DNA of 62,857 nt, filler included, from Chiloscyllium plagiosum (taxonomy: Eukaryota), in assembly GCF_004010195.1 (NCBI RefSeq). It is 3 parts of one record of this genome, joined end to end, with 100 filler letters (N's around TTAATTAATTAA, not from the genome) between each part and the next. Parts side by side here need not be neighbours in the genome. Positions count along the whole stretch, not along the records: positions 28,945 to 58,708 come from NC_057716.1; 2 more parts are not named here. One strand, written 5' to 3'. Position 1 is the first letter of the stretch, and every line of letters begins with the position of its first letter. Below the pieces are notes generated by a model. That model saw only the letters and a list, made by a program, of their open reading frames with translations, made no database searches and had not been told where the DNA came from. Below, piece by piece: positions 36,950 through 49,900 of this stretch. A program made the position numbers and the translations under genes.

Positions 36950-37995
36950 TAGCAAGGAGTTCCAAGATAACAGAGTCCTCTGAAAGAAGAAATTCTTCCT
37001 CATCTTAGTCTTAAATTGGCACCTGTTAATTCTGAGGCTATGCCCTCTGGTACAAAACTCTCCCATGAGTAGAAACATTCTCTCAGCATTTACCCTGTCA
37101 AGCCCCTTCAGGATCCTATATGTTTCAATGAAATCACCTCTCATTCTTCTAAATTTCAATGAGTAATGTTTCAACCTGTTTAATCTTTACTAATAAAACG
37201 ATCCCTCCATACTGAGATGATCTGAGTGAGCCTTCTCTGAACTGCCTCCAATGAAATAATATTTTTTTCTTAAATAAGTGCACCAAAACTGTTCAGGTAC
37301 TCCAGATATAGTCTCACTAGCCCATAGTACATTTGCAGTAAGACTTTTCTACTCTTAGACTCAAACCCCCTTGAAATAAGGGCAAACATTCTATTAGACT
37401 TATTGGTTACCTACTATACCGGTTTGTTAGCTTTCTGTGTTTAATACACAAGTCCCCTCAAATGCCTTAATAATACAGCTTTCTGCAGTTTTTCTCCATT
37501 TAAACAATATGCTGTTCTCTTGTTTTCCCTTCCAAAATGAATATCTCCACAGTTTTCTACATTATACTCAATTTGCCACCATTTTTTTACCACTTACTTA
37601 ACCTACGAATATCTGTCAGTAGATTGTTTGTATCCCTCTCACAAACTGCCTTTCCACCTATTTTTCTGTCATCTACAATCTGGCTTTAGTACGTTCACTT
37701 ACTGCCTCCAAGTCATTAACATGTATTGTAAACAGTTGTGCTGATCCCTGTCGAACCCCACTGGTTACACGTCGCCAACCTGAAAGAGAACCTCTTATTC
37801 ATACTTTGCTACCTATTAGCCAGTTCTCTATCCATGCCAATATACTACTACCTCCAAAATCATGGGCTCTTACGTTATGACTTAACCTTCTGGATATTCA
37901 AATATAACCCATTTATTGGTTTCCCTCTATCCATTCTGGTTGATGCTTCCTCAAAAATCTCGAATAAATTAGGCATACATGACTTCCCTTTCAAA
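36950..37995 (-). mobile_element. Old CR1 3' fragment
   Basis: YSLKFRRMRGDFIETYRILKGLD...RGHSLRI...RKNFFFQR. Confidence 0.8.
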
Positions 37996-39456
37996 GATGC
38001 AGCAATAGGTACACACACAGGTCCTAGTTATGCATGTCTCTTTATGGGTTATGTGGAATATTCCTTGTTCCAGTCCTACTTGGGCTCCACACACACAACT
38101 TTCTCCAAAAAAATCAGTGATGTCATTCGTGCTGTTTCTGGTTCTCATCCAGCATTAGAAAAGTTCATCAAGTTTACATCCAATTTACATCCTTCCCTAA
38201 CTTATACTTGCCCATCTCTGACTTTCCCTTCCTTAATTTCACTGTCTCCATTGATTTTGAAAAGCTGTCCACCAATATCCATTTCAAACCCACCAACTCC
38301 CACAAGTTGTACTGCTTCCTGCCAGGGCTCCACTCCATTTTCATAGTTTCTTCATCTCCATCTCATCTATTCTCATGTTGGGACCTTCGACTAAGTTGTT
38401 TGTGTCTGATATGTCTGTCATCTTCGCCAACCGGAGGTGTCCCCCTCCTCCACCGCAGCCATAGTTGACAGGGACCTCAACCATATCCAAACCATCTCCC
38501 TTATGCCTGCCTTTTCTCTCATTCCCAGGACAATGAAGGGTTCCCTTTCTCCTAACTTTGACCCTAAACGTCTCCATATTCAAAGAATTATCTTCCACCC
38601 TATTCACCACTCCCAGCAGGATACCACAAACAAATGTACCTTCCCAACCCCTCCACTGCCAGCGTCCTTCAGGCACTGTTCCCACTTTGACACCATGCTC
38701 CATTTTCCATCAATCCTAATGTTTCCACACTTTCATTTGGCCCTTCCCATGCTATCACCGTCCAAAGCCCCAAACACGCCATCCAGGTGAAGTAGTGCTT
38801 GTACTTCTTTCAACCTGGTCTACTATAGTCACTGCTCACAATGATCTCTTTTACATTGGTGAGACCGCATGGAGACTGGGTGGCAGTTTTGCAGAATACT
38901 TTTGCTCTGTCTCGAGAAATTATCCCAACTTTACACTTGCTTACCATTTCACTAAATCACCTTGCTCCCATGCTGACATTCTGTCCATGACCTGCTTCTG
39001 TGTTCCAATTAAGCTCAACACAAGCTGGAGGAACAACATCTCATTTTTTGCTGAAGCATTTTAAAACCTCTAAGTTTCAATATTGAGTACCATAACTTCA
39101 CAGTATGATCTCTGTACTCCATTTTTCTTACATCTCCCACCAGCTTGCAGCGATATCTTGCTTGCCTTTTGCTGGCTGTGCTCTCAGCAGAGTGGACTCA
39201 TTTTCTGCTTTTCCCAGCTAACATTTGCATCTATTTAGATTTCTTTTTCTCCTTTACCACTATTATCACTGCCTTGGGCATGCTCACCATCACTTGCTTC
39301 TTCTCTCCCTATGTCACGAACATAAGAACCATAATTTTCCAATTCCTTTCAGTTCAGAAGAATCAGACTGGACCCAAAACATTAACTCTGTTTCTCTCTC
39401 CACAGATGCTGCTAGACCTGCCAAGTTTCTCCTGTATTTTCTATTTTTATTTCAGA
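37996..39456 (+). mobile_element. Decayed Neptune-type PLE (RT, GIY-YIG, pLTR with eroded hammerhead at ~39351-39385)
   Basis: AAIGTHTGPSYACLFMGYVE (RT motif B), FYIGETAWRLG..FAEY; terminal ctctccacagatgctgctagacctg. Confidence 0.82.
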
Positions 39457-40276
39457 ACCCCAGGGTAGTGTTATAGAGTCATAGAGTTATACAGCATGGA
39501 AACAGACCCTTCATTCCATGCTGACCAAATATCCTAAACTGATCTAGTCCCATTTGCCAGCATTTGGCCCATATCCCTCTTAAACCCGTACTGTTCGTGT
39601 ACCTATCCAGTTGCCTTTTAAATGTAATAATTGTACCTGCTTCCACCACTTCCACTGACAGTTTGTTCCATACAAGCACCACCCTCTTCTGGGAACATGG
39701 GTTCAAATCCTATCATGGCAGACAATAAAATTTGAATTCAATAAAAATTGGGAATATAAAAATCTCATGGCAACCATGGTTAATTGGTGTTAAGACCCAA
39801 CATTTTTTTAGGAAAGGAAATCTGCCATTCTTGGCTGGTCGAGTCTGCATGTGATTCAAGACTCAAATCAATGTGACTGACTCTTACGTTCTGGGGAATT
39901 AGGAATGGACAATAAATATTGATCTAGCCAGTGACACCCATATTCCATGTAACTTTTGAAATGGTTATGGCTTTGTTCAATTTTTCTTAAATTCACCCCA
40001 ACTCCCCAGACACACAGCATAGTTTTGTTTACTTAATAGAGAGTATCTATTTTTGTCCCTTTCATAGCTGTTGTGTAGGATTGAGTGCAATGGCATAGGG
40101 CTGAGACAGCCTAACAACTGATTTGAAGCTTTGAAATCCATCAGGCTCATTATTAATTCCCACACACTCTTCAGTATCTTTGTACTCCTCTTCTCCTATT
40201 AATACTGCTGCTGCTATACTTTTCCCCTTGCACCATGTAGTTGCATATGAGTCCTCCCGTGTTGAAGAGGACTCAT

Positions 40277-41057
40277 AGTTTGGGTGAAGATTTGTAGCTC
40301 GGGTGCTCGTTATTGTGGTTCTGTTCGCTGAGCTGGAAATTTTCGTTGCAAACGTTTCATCTCCTGTCTAGGTGACATCCTCAGTGCTTGAGAGCCTCCT
40401 GTGAAGCGCTTCTGTGGTGTTTCCTCCGGCATTTATAGTGGCCTGTCCCTGCCACTTCCGGTTGTCAGTTTCAGCTGTCCGCTGTAGTGGCCGGTATATT
40501 GGGTCCAGGTCGATGTGTTTGTTGATGGAGTTTGTGGATGAGTGCCATGCTTCTAGGAATTCCCTGGCTGTTCTTTGTTTGGCTTGCCCTATAATGGTAG
40601 TGTTGTCCCAGTCGAATTCATGTTGCTTGTCGTCTCCGTGTGTGGCTACTAAGGATAGCTGGTCGTGTCGTTTTGTGGCTAGTTGATGTTCATGGATGCG
40701 GATCGTTAGCTGTCTTCCTGTTTGTCCTATGTAGTGTTTTGTGCAGTCCTTGCATGGGATTTTGTACACTACATTAGTTTTGCTCATGCTGGGTATCGGG
40801 TCCTTCGTTCTGGTGAGTTGTTGTCTGAGGGTGGCTGTTGGTTTGTGTGCTGTTATAAGTCCTAGTGGTCGCAGTAGTGTGGCTGTCTGGTAGTCTGGTA
40901 GTCTAGACAATGGAACGAGGACATGCCGCAACCCAAAGGACTAGCCACACTACCATACATCAGGAGCATTTCAGAACTGACAGCCAGACTACTGCGACCA
41001 CTAGGACTTATAACAGCACACAAACCAACATCAGGAGCATTTCAGAACCACAACAAC
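40277..41057 (-). mobile_element. Poseidon/Penelope-type PLE, 5'-truncated, with inverted duplication and 11-bp TSD
   Basis: ORF 40368-40931: NVVYKIPCKDCTKHYIGQTGRQLTIRIHEH...REFLEAWHS (GIY-YIG); inverted piece ~40900-41048; TSD agaggactcat at 40266-40276 and 41058-41068. Confidence 0.92.
40348..40387 (-). ncRNA. Minimal type I hammerhead ribozyme motif in the Poseidon-type pLTR
   Basis: GCA-CTGAGGA-T-GTCACC-tagaca-GGAGAT-GAAA-CGTT-TGC: stem I GCA/TGC, palindromic ACGT stem III, GUU triplet. Confidence 0.72.
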
Positions 41058-41565
41058 AGAGGACTCATTTGTTGAATCTTTTAAGGAACTAGGATTCAGT
41101 TAAAAAAAATCCTCTCTTCAATATGTACAGTCAGACTTACTTATACGTGTCAGTCTCCCTTCAATTGTCCATAATTTATTTCTTTTACCATCCACTATTC
41201 TGAATAGGTCCTTCACTGAGCTGTTATACTGACTTTCTCAGTTAAAATAGACAAAAATACCTTTTCAACATAATAGGGTCCACTTAGTATGAGTAGATAC
41301 CTGAACTATTCAGTACGAGATCAGGGAGTTAAGCAAAACATAACCACGTGCATTGATTTATTACCTTAGACAAAGCAAGTGGAATCAGGCCTAATTTTCC
41401 ACAGTGGACTATAACCTTAAAGAATTTTGTTTCTGGTGTTGACACAAATTTATAATAGACATTAATTAATAGAGATGAGAATACAACCTTTAGTTTACTG
41501 CATGACTATAGAAATAGATATACCCTTCTCTGAATTGTGTTTTTTATATATGGGCAAAATTGTAA

Positions 41566-41796
<231 letters not shown>

Positions 41797-41997
41797 TAAT
41801 TATCCTTGGATTACGAGCATTCACTGATAACTTCCATCGTAATCAATTGGATAAGTTTTTAACTGTATTAAAACTGTTCTAATTAAAAGCATTCTGACTT
41901 GCAGGCCATTTATTACTGCTGTATCCTGTGCTTTCACCTTGTGCTAAGAGTTGCTTAATAAGACCTTAGCAGCAGAATTAGGCTGTTCGGCCCAGCA

Positions 41998-42702
41998 TTG
42001 GATTTGGTGCTAGGCAACAAGCCAGGTCAGGTGTCAGATCTCTCAGGAGAGCATTTCAGTGACAGTGACCACAACTGCCTCACCTTTACCATAGCCATGG
42101 AGAGGAATGGGAATAGATAGCATAGGAAGATATTTAATTGAGGGAGCGGAAATTATACTGCTATTAGACAGGACTGTGGAGTATAAATTGGGAACAGTTG
42201 TTCTATGGAAAAGGCACAACAGAAACGTGGAGGCTGTTTAAGGACCACTTGTTGCAAGTATTGGATAACTTTGTCCCACTGAGACAGGCAAGGAATCGTA
42301 AGATGAAGGAACCTTGAATGACAAGAGCAGAGGAGCTTCTTAAATAAGCTTAAGCTTACTTAAGGTTGAGGAAGCAAGGATCTGGCACAGCTTTAGAGAA
42401 TTACAGGGTAGCTAGGAATGAACTAAAAAATGGACTGAGGAGAGCTAGGAGGGGACACGAAAAAGCCTTGACAGGAAGGATCAGGGAAAACCCAAAGGCA
42501 TTCCACACGTACATGAGGAATAAGAGAATGATCAGAGACAGGGTAGGGCCATTCAGGGATAGTGGAAGGAACTTTGCCTGGAGTCTAAAGAGGTAAGGGA
42601 GGCCCTAAATGGGTTTTTTGCTTCAGTATTTACAAGAGAGAGGGACCTTATTGGTAGTGAGAACACCATTGACCAGATTAATAGGCTTGAACAGATTGTT
42701 AT
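41998..42702 (+). mobile_element. CR1 ORF2 fragment (APE end and linker)
   Basis: SDHN; RRARRGHEKALTGRIRENPKAFHTY; probably the 5' part of the element resuming at 43992. Confidence 0.8.
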
Positions 42703-43547
42703 TAATTGAAATGAATTGAATTTATTGTCACGTGTACCGAGGTACAGTGAAAGACTTTGTCTTGTGAGCAATACAGACAGATCACATGTTAAATAGCATA
42801 GATAAGTAAATAATAGGTAAACAGCGGCGAAAACCAAAACACAGGTACAGGCGAATGCTAAGAGTTTGTGAGTCCATTCAATATTCTAACAACAATAGGG
42901 TAGAAGTTATTTCAAAACCCACTGCTGCGTGTGTTCAAGCTTCTGTACCTTCTCCCTGATGCTAAATGTTGTAGAAAAGCATTGCCAAGGTGGGATGGAT
43001 CTTTGAGAATCCTGGCGGCCTTTCCTTGACAGTGGGCTTGGTAGATGGATTCTATAGATCTTGGCCTTTGTGATTGTCTGGGCCGAGTTCACCACTCTCT
43101 GTAACTGTCTCCGATCTTGAATGGTACAGTTGACATACCAGGTAGTGATGCATCCAGACAGAATGCTCTTGATGGTGCACCTATAAACGTTGGCAAGGGT
43201 ATTTGCCGTCATGCCAAATTTTCTCAGCTGCCTGTGGAAGAAGAGATATTGTTGGGCCTTTGTAACCAATGCGTCCACATGAAGAGTCCAAGAAAGCTTG
43301 TTGTGGATGATCACTCCCAGGAGCTTGACATTCTCCACTCGTTCTACCTCAGTGTTGTTCATGTGTAGGGGAGCATGAGTTCCTTCATTTTGCCGACATT
43401 GACAGCTAGGATGTTCTCAGGGCATAATTCTTCCAGGTCTTCCATCTCCCATCTGTAGTCTGTTTCGTCGCCATCTGAGATTTAACTGACTACGGTGGTG
43501 TCATCAGCAAACTTTTAAATGGCTTTAGTCTGGTGTTTGGTGACACA
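42703..43547 (-). mobile_element. Rex1/Babar LINE 3' portion
   Basis: KFADDTTVV; VERVENVKLLGV...KAQQYLFF.RQLRKFGM...YRCTIKSILSGCITTWY; aataaa followed by a short-repeat tail. Confidence 0.85.
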
Positions 43548-43990
43548 GGAGAAAGCGAGGACTGCAGATGCTAGAGATCAGAGACCCTGGCCACACGACG
43601 CCTGGAGGAAGAGTGCCTCATCTTCCGCCAAGGAACCTTCCAACCACACGGGATGAATGTAGATTTCTTCAGCTTCCTCATTTCCCCTCCCCCACCTTAT
43701 CTCAGTCCCAGCACCGCCTTCTTGACCTGCAATCTTCTTCCCGACCTCTCCGCCCCCACCCCCTCTCCGGCCAATCACCCTCACCTTAACCTCCTTCCAC
43801 CTATCGCATTCCCAATGCCCCTCCCTCCTTTTATCTTAGCCTTCTTGGCACACCTTCCTGATTCCTGAAGAAGGGCTTATGCCCGAAACATCGATTCTCC
43901 TGCTCCTTGGATGCTGCCTGACCTGCTGCGCTTTTCCAGCAACATATTTTTCAGCTCTAATCTCCAGCATCTACAGTCCTCACTTTCTCC
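43548..43990 (+). mobile_element. PLE-derived 443-bp element with ~35-bp inverted ends and a hammerhead motif (43863-43894)
   Basis: ggagaaagcgaggactgcagatgctagagatcagag ... ctctaatctccagcatctacagtcctcactttctcc; GIY-YIG tail RRLEEECLIFRQGTFQPHGMN; CTGAAGA-A-GGGC-ttat-GCCC-GAAA-CATC. Confidence 0.87.
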
Positions 43991-43991
43991 T

Positions 43992-45352
43992 AATTCCTAG
44001 GAATTATAGACCAGTCAGTCTTCTATCTGTGGTAAGCAAGGTACTGGAAAGGATTCTGAGAGATAGGATTTATGACTGTTTACAAAAATATAGTTTGATT
44101 AAAGGTAGTCAGCATGGCTTTGTGAGAGGCAGGTCATGCCTCGTTAGCCTTATTGTGTTCTTTGAGGACATGACGAGACAAGTTGATGAAGTTCGAGCAG
44201 TGGATGTGGTGTACATTGATTTCAGTAAGGCATTTGATAAGGTTCCTGGTGGTAGGTTCATTCAGAAAGTTAGATATGGGATACAGGGAAATTTGGCTGT
44301 CTGGATACAGAATTGGCTGGCCGAAAGAAGACAGTGAGTGGTAGTGGATGGAAAGTATTTTAGCTGGAAGTTGATGATCAGTGGTGTCCTGCAAGGATCT
44401 GTTCTTGGGCCTGTGTTTTTTGTAGTTTTTCTAAATAACTTGGATGAACAAGTGGAAGGATGGATGATTAAGTTTGCCAATGACACAAAGGTTGGTGATG
44501 TTGTAGATGGTGTTGAGGGCTGTTGCAGACTACATGACATTGACAGAATGCAGGGCTGGGCTGAGAAGTGGCAGATGGAGTTCAACCTGGATAAAAGCGA
44601 AGTGATTCATTTTGTAAGGTTGAATCTCAATGCTGAATGCAGGGTTAAATACAGGATTCTTGGTATTGTGGAGAAACAGTAGGATCTTGGGATCCATGTA
44701 CATAGTTCCCTAAAAGTTGCCACCCAAGTTGATAGGGTTGTTAAGAAGGTGTATGGTGTTTTGGCTTTCATTAGCAGTGGGGGTTGAGTTTAAGAGCTGA
44801 GAGGTTATTGCTGCAGCTCTGTAAAAACCTAGTTAGACCACACTTGTAATATTGTGTTCAGTTCTGGTCACCTCATTATAGGAAGGATGTGAATGCTTTA
44901 GAGAGGGTGCAGAGGAGATTTACCAGGATGCTACTTGGATTGGAGGGCTTGTCTTATGAAGAGAGGTTGGGTGAGTTTGGCCTTTTTACACTGGAGAGAA
45001 GAAGGAAGAGAGGTGACTTGATAGAGGTGTACAAGGTAATGAGAGGAATAGATATAGTAGATAGCCAGAGACTTTTCCCAGGACAGGAATGGCTGTCACG
45101 AGGGATCATAATTTTAAGGCGATTGGGGAGATGTCAGAGGAAGGTTCTTTACACGGAGAGTGGTGGGTGCATGGAATGCACTGCCAACAGTGGTAGTTGA
45201 GTCAGAGACATTAGGGACATTTAAGCAACTGCTGGACAAGCACATGTAAATTGAGGGGTGTGTAGGTTAGGTTGATCTTAGATTAAGATAAATGCTTGGC
45301 ACAACATTGTGGGCTGAAGGGCCTGTATTGTGCTGTACTGTTCTATGTTCTA
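43992..45352 (+). mobile_element. CR1 LINE RT and 3'UTR
   Basis: NYRPVSLLSVV, DFSKAFD, GVLQGSVLGP, KFANDTK; tail ctgtactgttctatgttcta. Confidence 0.92.
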
Positions 45353-45855
45353 AGTCTGCTCCAGCATTTGATCATGGCTTATATGTTTCTCAATTCCATT
45401 CTCCTGTCCTCTCCCCATAACCCTGGATCCCAAGAACCTACTCTATCCTGAATACACTCAATGCATTGACTGCCACAGCCTCTGAGGCAATGAGTTCCAC
45501 AAAATCACCACTCTCTGCCTGAGAAATTTCACCTCATCTCAGTTCTAAAGGGTTGTCCATTCACTCTGGGGTCCTAGTCTCTCCTACTCGAGGAAACATC
45601 TTCTCCACATCTACTGTATCCAGGCCAATAAATATTCTGTAAGTTTTAGTCAGGTCCCACCCTTATCCTTCTGAACTCCATCAAGTACAGACCCAGAGTC
45701 CTCAACCGCTTGTCATATGACAAGCCCTTCATCTCCAGAATCATTCTTGTAAACCTCCAATGTACTCCCTCCAACGCTAGCACATCCTTCCTTAGGTAGT
45801 GGGCCCAAAACTGATCACAACATTCCAAATGCAGTCTGACCAGAGCCTCAAACTG
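45353..45855 (-). mobile_element. CR1 3' fragment
   Basis: QFWAHYLRKDVLALEGVHWRFTRM. Confidence 0.8.
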
Positions 45856-46127
45856 CATATGTAAATGATGGGATGAATATTCTTGAATGCTTGAAAAGAT
45901 ACAGCTGTAGAATTACCAAATTTGATTAATTTAAAATATAAATATTTACAAATTGTGTGTTCAGTAAACTGAGCATTCATGAAAGGTCTTACATTATTTT
46001 TAATTGAAGAATAGAGTTTGCAAATGTTCTTTAATCTCAGAAAACATTTCGTGCAGTTGCATTTCTCTGAGGATAATTATATGTGACAGGATATGAGTAA
46101 TTGTTTTAACAAGCTGTATGCATGTTA

Positions 46128-46570
46128 CCAGACAGATTCCTAGGATGGCAGGACTGACATATGAAGAGAGACAGATTCAGTTAGGATAATATTCACTGGA
46201 CTCTCGAAGAGTGAGGGGGAATCTCGTAGAAATCTAGACAGGGAAAACTCAGGAAAGATGTTCCTGATGACTGGGGAATCGAGAAGCAGAGTCTAAGGAA
46301 ATGGGGTCAACCATTTAAGACTGAGATGATTATAAATTTTCTCACCCAGAAAGTGGTGAGCCCATGGAATTCTCTGCCATAGAAAGTGGTTGAGGCCAAA
46401 GCATTGAATGTTTTTGAGAAGGAGTTAGATATAATTCATGGGAGTAAATGGATCAAAGGATATGGGAGCATGTGGAAACAGGATACTGAACTGGATGATC
46501 AGTCATGATGACATTGAATGGCTGAGCAAACTCAAAGGAGCAAATGACATACTTCTTTTTTTTATGTTTC
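46128..46570 (+). mobile_element. Old CR1 3' fragment
   Basis: ggatggcaggactgacatatgaagagag; FLTQKVV.PWNSLP. Confidence 0.75.
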
Positions 46571-46981
46571 TATTGCTCTGTTGCAGACTTAGGAAGGCCA
46601 TGCTTCTTGTTGCAAATATGATTATATTGTTGCATGCAAGGACATTTGCCAAAACATCTATGCTTAGATTCTAATATTCTATGAAGTACAGATATAGATG
46701 GGGTTGATAACTTGTTTCAGCTGACAGTCGTCAGTTAGCACATGAAATCACTTCCAAAAGAGGGCTTTCCAGAGAAATTGTACATCTAAGTAAAAATGTT
46801 TTTAAGGGTTCCAGTATTTATATTGAGGGTAAACTACACAAAATTAAGAAAGATTATTCGCACTTACATCAAGTTTTTCAAACTCCCAAGCAATAACGTG
46901 AAATTCTGTCCATTTAGGTGAGAAGCTTGGATTGGGAAACCCCTTGACTCAGCAGACCTTCTTCCATAAAATTGACCTCTA

Positions 46982-49900
46982 CTTTTAGTTGTTTGCTGGT
47001 TGTTTGTATAGGGTCTTTTAGGTTAATTAGCCACTGTTTAAGTGTGTTAGTAGGTTTGTGGGCTTCCATTATGCCAAGGGGTCTGAGTAGTCTGGAAGTC
47101 ATTTCAGACATGCCTTTGATATATGGTAATGTGGCTAGAGTTTCTGGGTTCTGCTTGTTTGGGTTTTTAGATTAGATTAGATACAGTATGGAAACAGGCC
47201 CTTTGGGCCAACAGTCTGAAGAGTAACCCACCCAGATCCATTCCCCTGAATATTCACCCCTGAATATGGGCAATTTAGCATGACCAATTCACCTAACTTG
47301 CAAGTCTTTGGATTGTGGGAGGAAACTGGAGCAACCGGAGGAAACCCACGCAGACACAGGGAGAATGTGCAAACTCCACATAGGCAGTCACCTGAGGCTG
47401 GAATCGAACCTGGGATCCTGGTGCTGTGAGGCAGCAGTGCTAACCACTGTACCACCGTGCCATCCCCTTGTTTGTTATTGAGAAATCGGCAGACTGTGTT
47501 TATTCGGTCCTGTTCTTCTTAAATATGCTGTATAGATATTTTTCTCTGGCTATTCATAGTTCCTGGGTGCTGCAGTGTGTTGTGGCTCATTGAAATAATG
47601 TCCAGTTCCGTATGTGGGTGTTGGGATGATTGCTTCTGTAGTTAAATATTTGGTCTGTGTGTGTTGTTTTTCTGTAGATGCTGGTTTGAAGTTCTCCATT
47701 AACTGTTCATTCTACTGTGACATCTAGGAATGGGAGTCTGTTTTGTTATTCTCTTTTGTGAATTTTATGCCAGTAAGATGTTGTTGATGGTGTTGTAGGT
47801 TTCCTCTAATTGGTTCCGTTTTGTAATCACAAAGGTGTCATCCATGTAGCAGACTCAAAGTTTGGGCTAAATAGTTGGAAGGTCTGTTTATTTGAGTCTC
47901 TGCATTACTGCTTCTGCTAGGAACCTTGATATTGATGATCCCATGGGTGTTCCGTTGATTTGTTTGTAGGTCTTGTTATTGAATGTGAAGTGGGTGGTGA
48001 GGCACAGACCTACTGGCTTGAGGATGTTGTTTTTGCTGATGAAGCTAGTGCTGTCTGGTGTTTGTGTCCTTGATCCTTCTGGTAGTGCAGTCAGTGTTTC
48101 TTTGGTCACGTTAATCTGAATTGATGTGAACAGGGCTGTTACGTAAAAGAAACCATTATTTCATCCTCTTCTATCTTGGTGTTTTTGGTATTCAGGAATT
48201 CTTGGATGGAGTGAATGGAGTGACATGAGTTTTCCACTAGGTATTTCAGTTTTCAGTGGAGTTCCTTGGCTAGTCTGTATGTCGACGTTCCAGTTAATGA
48301 GACTATGGGTCTGAGGGGGGCTCCCTGGTTGGTGTACTTTGGGTAGTCCATAGAAGTAGAGTGTGTTGGATTCATCCGGTTTCATTTTTTGGAAGTCTAT
48401 CTTGTTTAATTGTTCTGAATTCTGAAGCCTTTTCAATGTAGATGTGATACGGTTTTCTATTTGTGGGGTCAGGTCTATCATACCTGTTGATAATTGTCTG
48501 TATCTGCAAGCAGTGAGTTCGCCTTTTCAATGTACCCCCTTCTGTTTAGAATGACAGTCATGCACCCTTTGTCTGCAGGTAGAATTACAACATTTTTCTC
48601 TTTTTTGAGTCTTTCTAGAGCTTTCCTTTCCTGTGTGTTGAGTGTGTTCCCTTTTTCCTGCTTAGTGTTGGTGCAACTGTCTGTCTGATGATCTGCTGGG
48701 TTTCTTCTGTGAGTTTGTTGACCTTCAGTGTTGATTCAAATGCTGCTAGGAAGTCCTTTTTGTCTGCGTCTGTGTAGTTGTAGTTTAGCCCTCTTACAAG
48801 GATGACTTTTTCTGTATCTGTTGGTGGTCGGTCTGATGGTTTTTTTAATCCAAGCCTCTGCGTTGCCTGTGTTGTTTTTTTTTGTGAGTTTGTCAGTTTT
48901 TCCTGTAGGGTTAGTTTTTTCATTTTCTGTATTTACTGCTGTTTGATGCTTATGACTCATTCTAACATGTCTGTCCATTCATGGTCTGTCGCATTAGTAT
49001 ATAAAGTCTTTTGGCACAAAATTTCCCACTTGTATTCATGGAGTTGGTTGTGGGTATTGTTAACCATTTCTGTCAACATTCTGCAGCCGTTCTGTTCTGT
49101 TATTCTTTTGGCTAGTAGGGTGTTGAGCAGTGGTTTGTATTTAAGACATTTTAGTAGTAGCCCTGATTCCTGAGGCATTCATGCAGGAAGTACAGCTGTT
49201 CGCGGGTAGCGCTCAGTTGGATGGCATTGGTTCCCCATCTTCGGGCTAGTTTTAATGTATTGCACCTGTTTGCGAATTTTCAGAAGATTTGTAGTTCAGG
49301 TTGAGGTTCAAGTTGTAAGTTTGCTCGCTGAGCTGGAAGGTCTGTTTTCAGTCGCCATACTAGGTGACATCAATGACAGTCCCGGGTGAAACGCTTGTGT
49401 TATGTCCCACTTTTTATTCAATTGTCTTGGTTTCTTAAGATGGGTGATATCATTTCCAGTTCTTTTTCTCAGAGGATGGTAGATGGGGTCCAAATTGATG
49501 TGTTTATTGATGGAGTTCCGGTTAGAATGCCCAGCCTCTAGGAATTCCCGTGCGGGTCTCTGTTTAGTTTGTCCTACGATGGATGTTCTGTCTCAGTCAA
49601 AGTGGTATCCTTCCTCGTTCATACCTAAGGATACTAGTGATCTTGGGTTGTGTCTTTTGGTGGCTAGTTGATGTTCATGTATATTGGTGGCTATTATCAG
49701 CTTCATCAGCAAAGACAACATCCTCAAGCCAGTAGATCTATGCCTCACCACCCACTTCACATTCAATAACAAGACCTACAAACAAATCAACAGAACACCC
49801 ATGAATATCAGGATTCCTAGCAGAAGCAGTAATGCAGAGACTCAAACAAATAGCCCTCCCATCTATCCAACCCTAACTTTGGGTCCGCTATGTGGATGAC

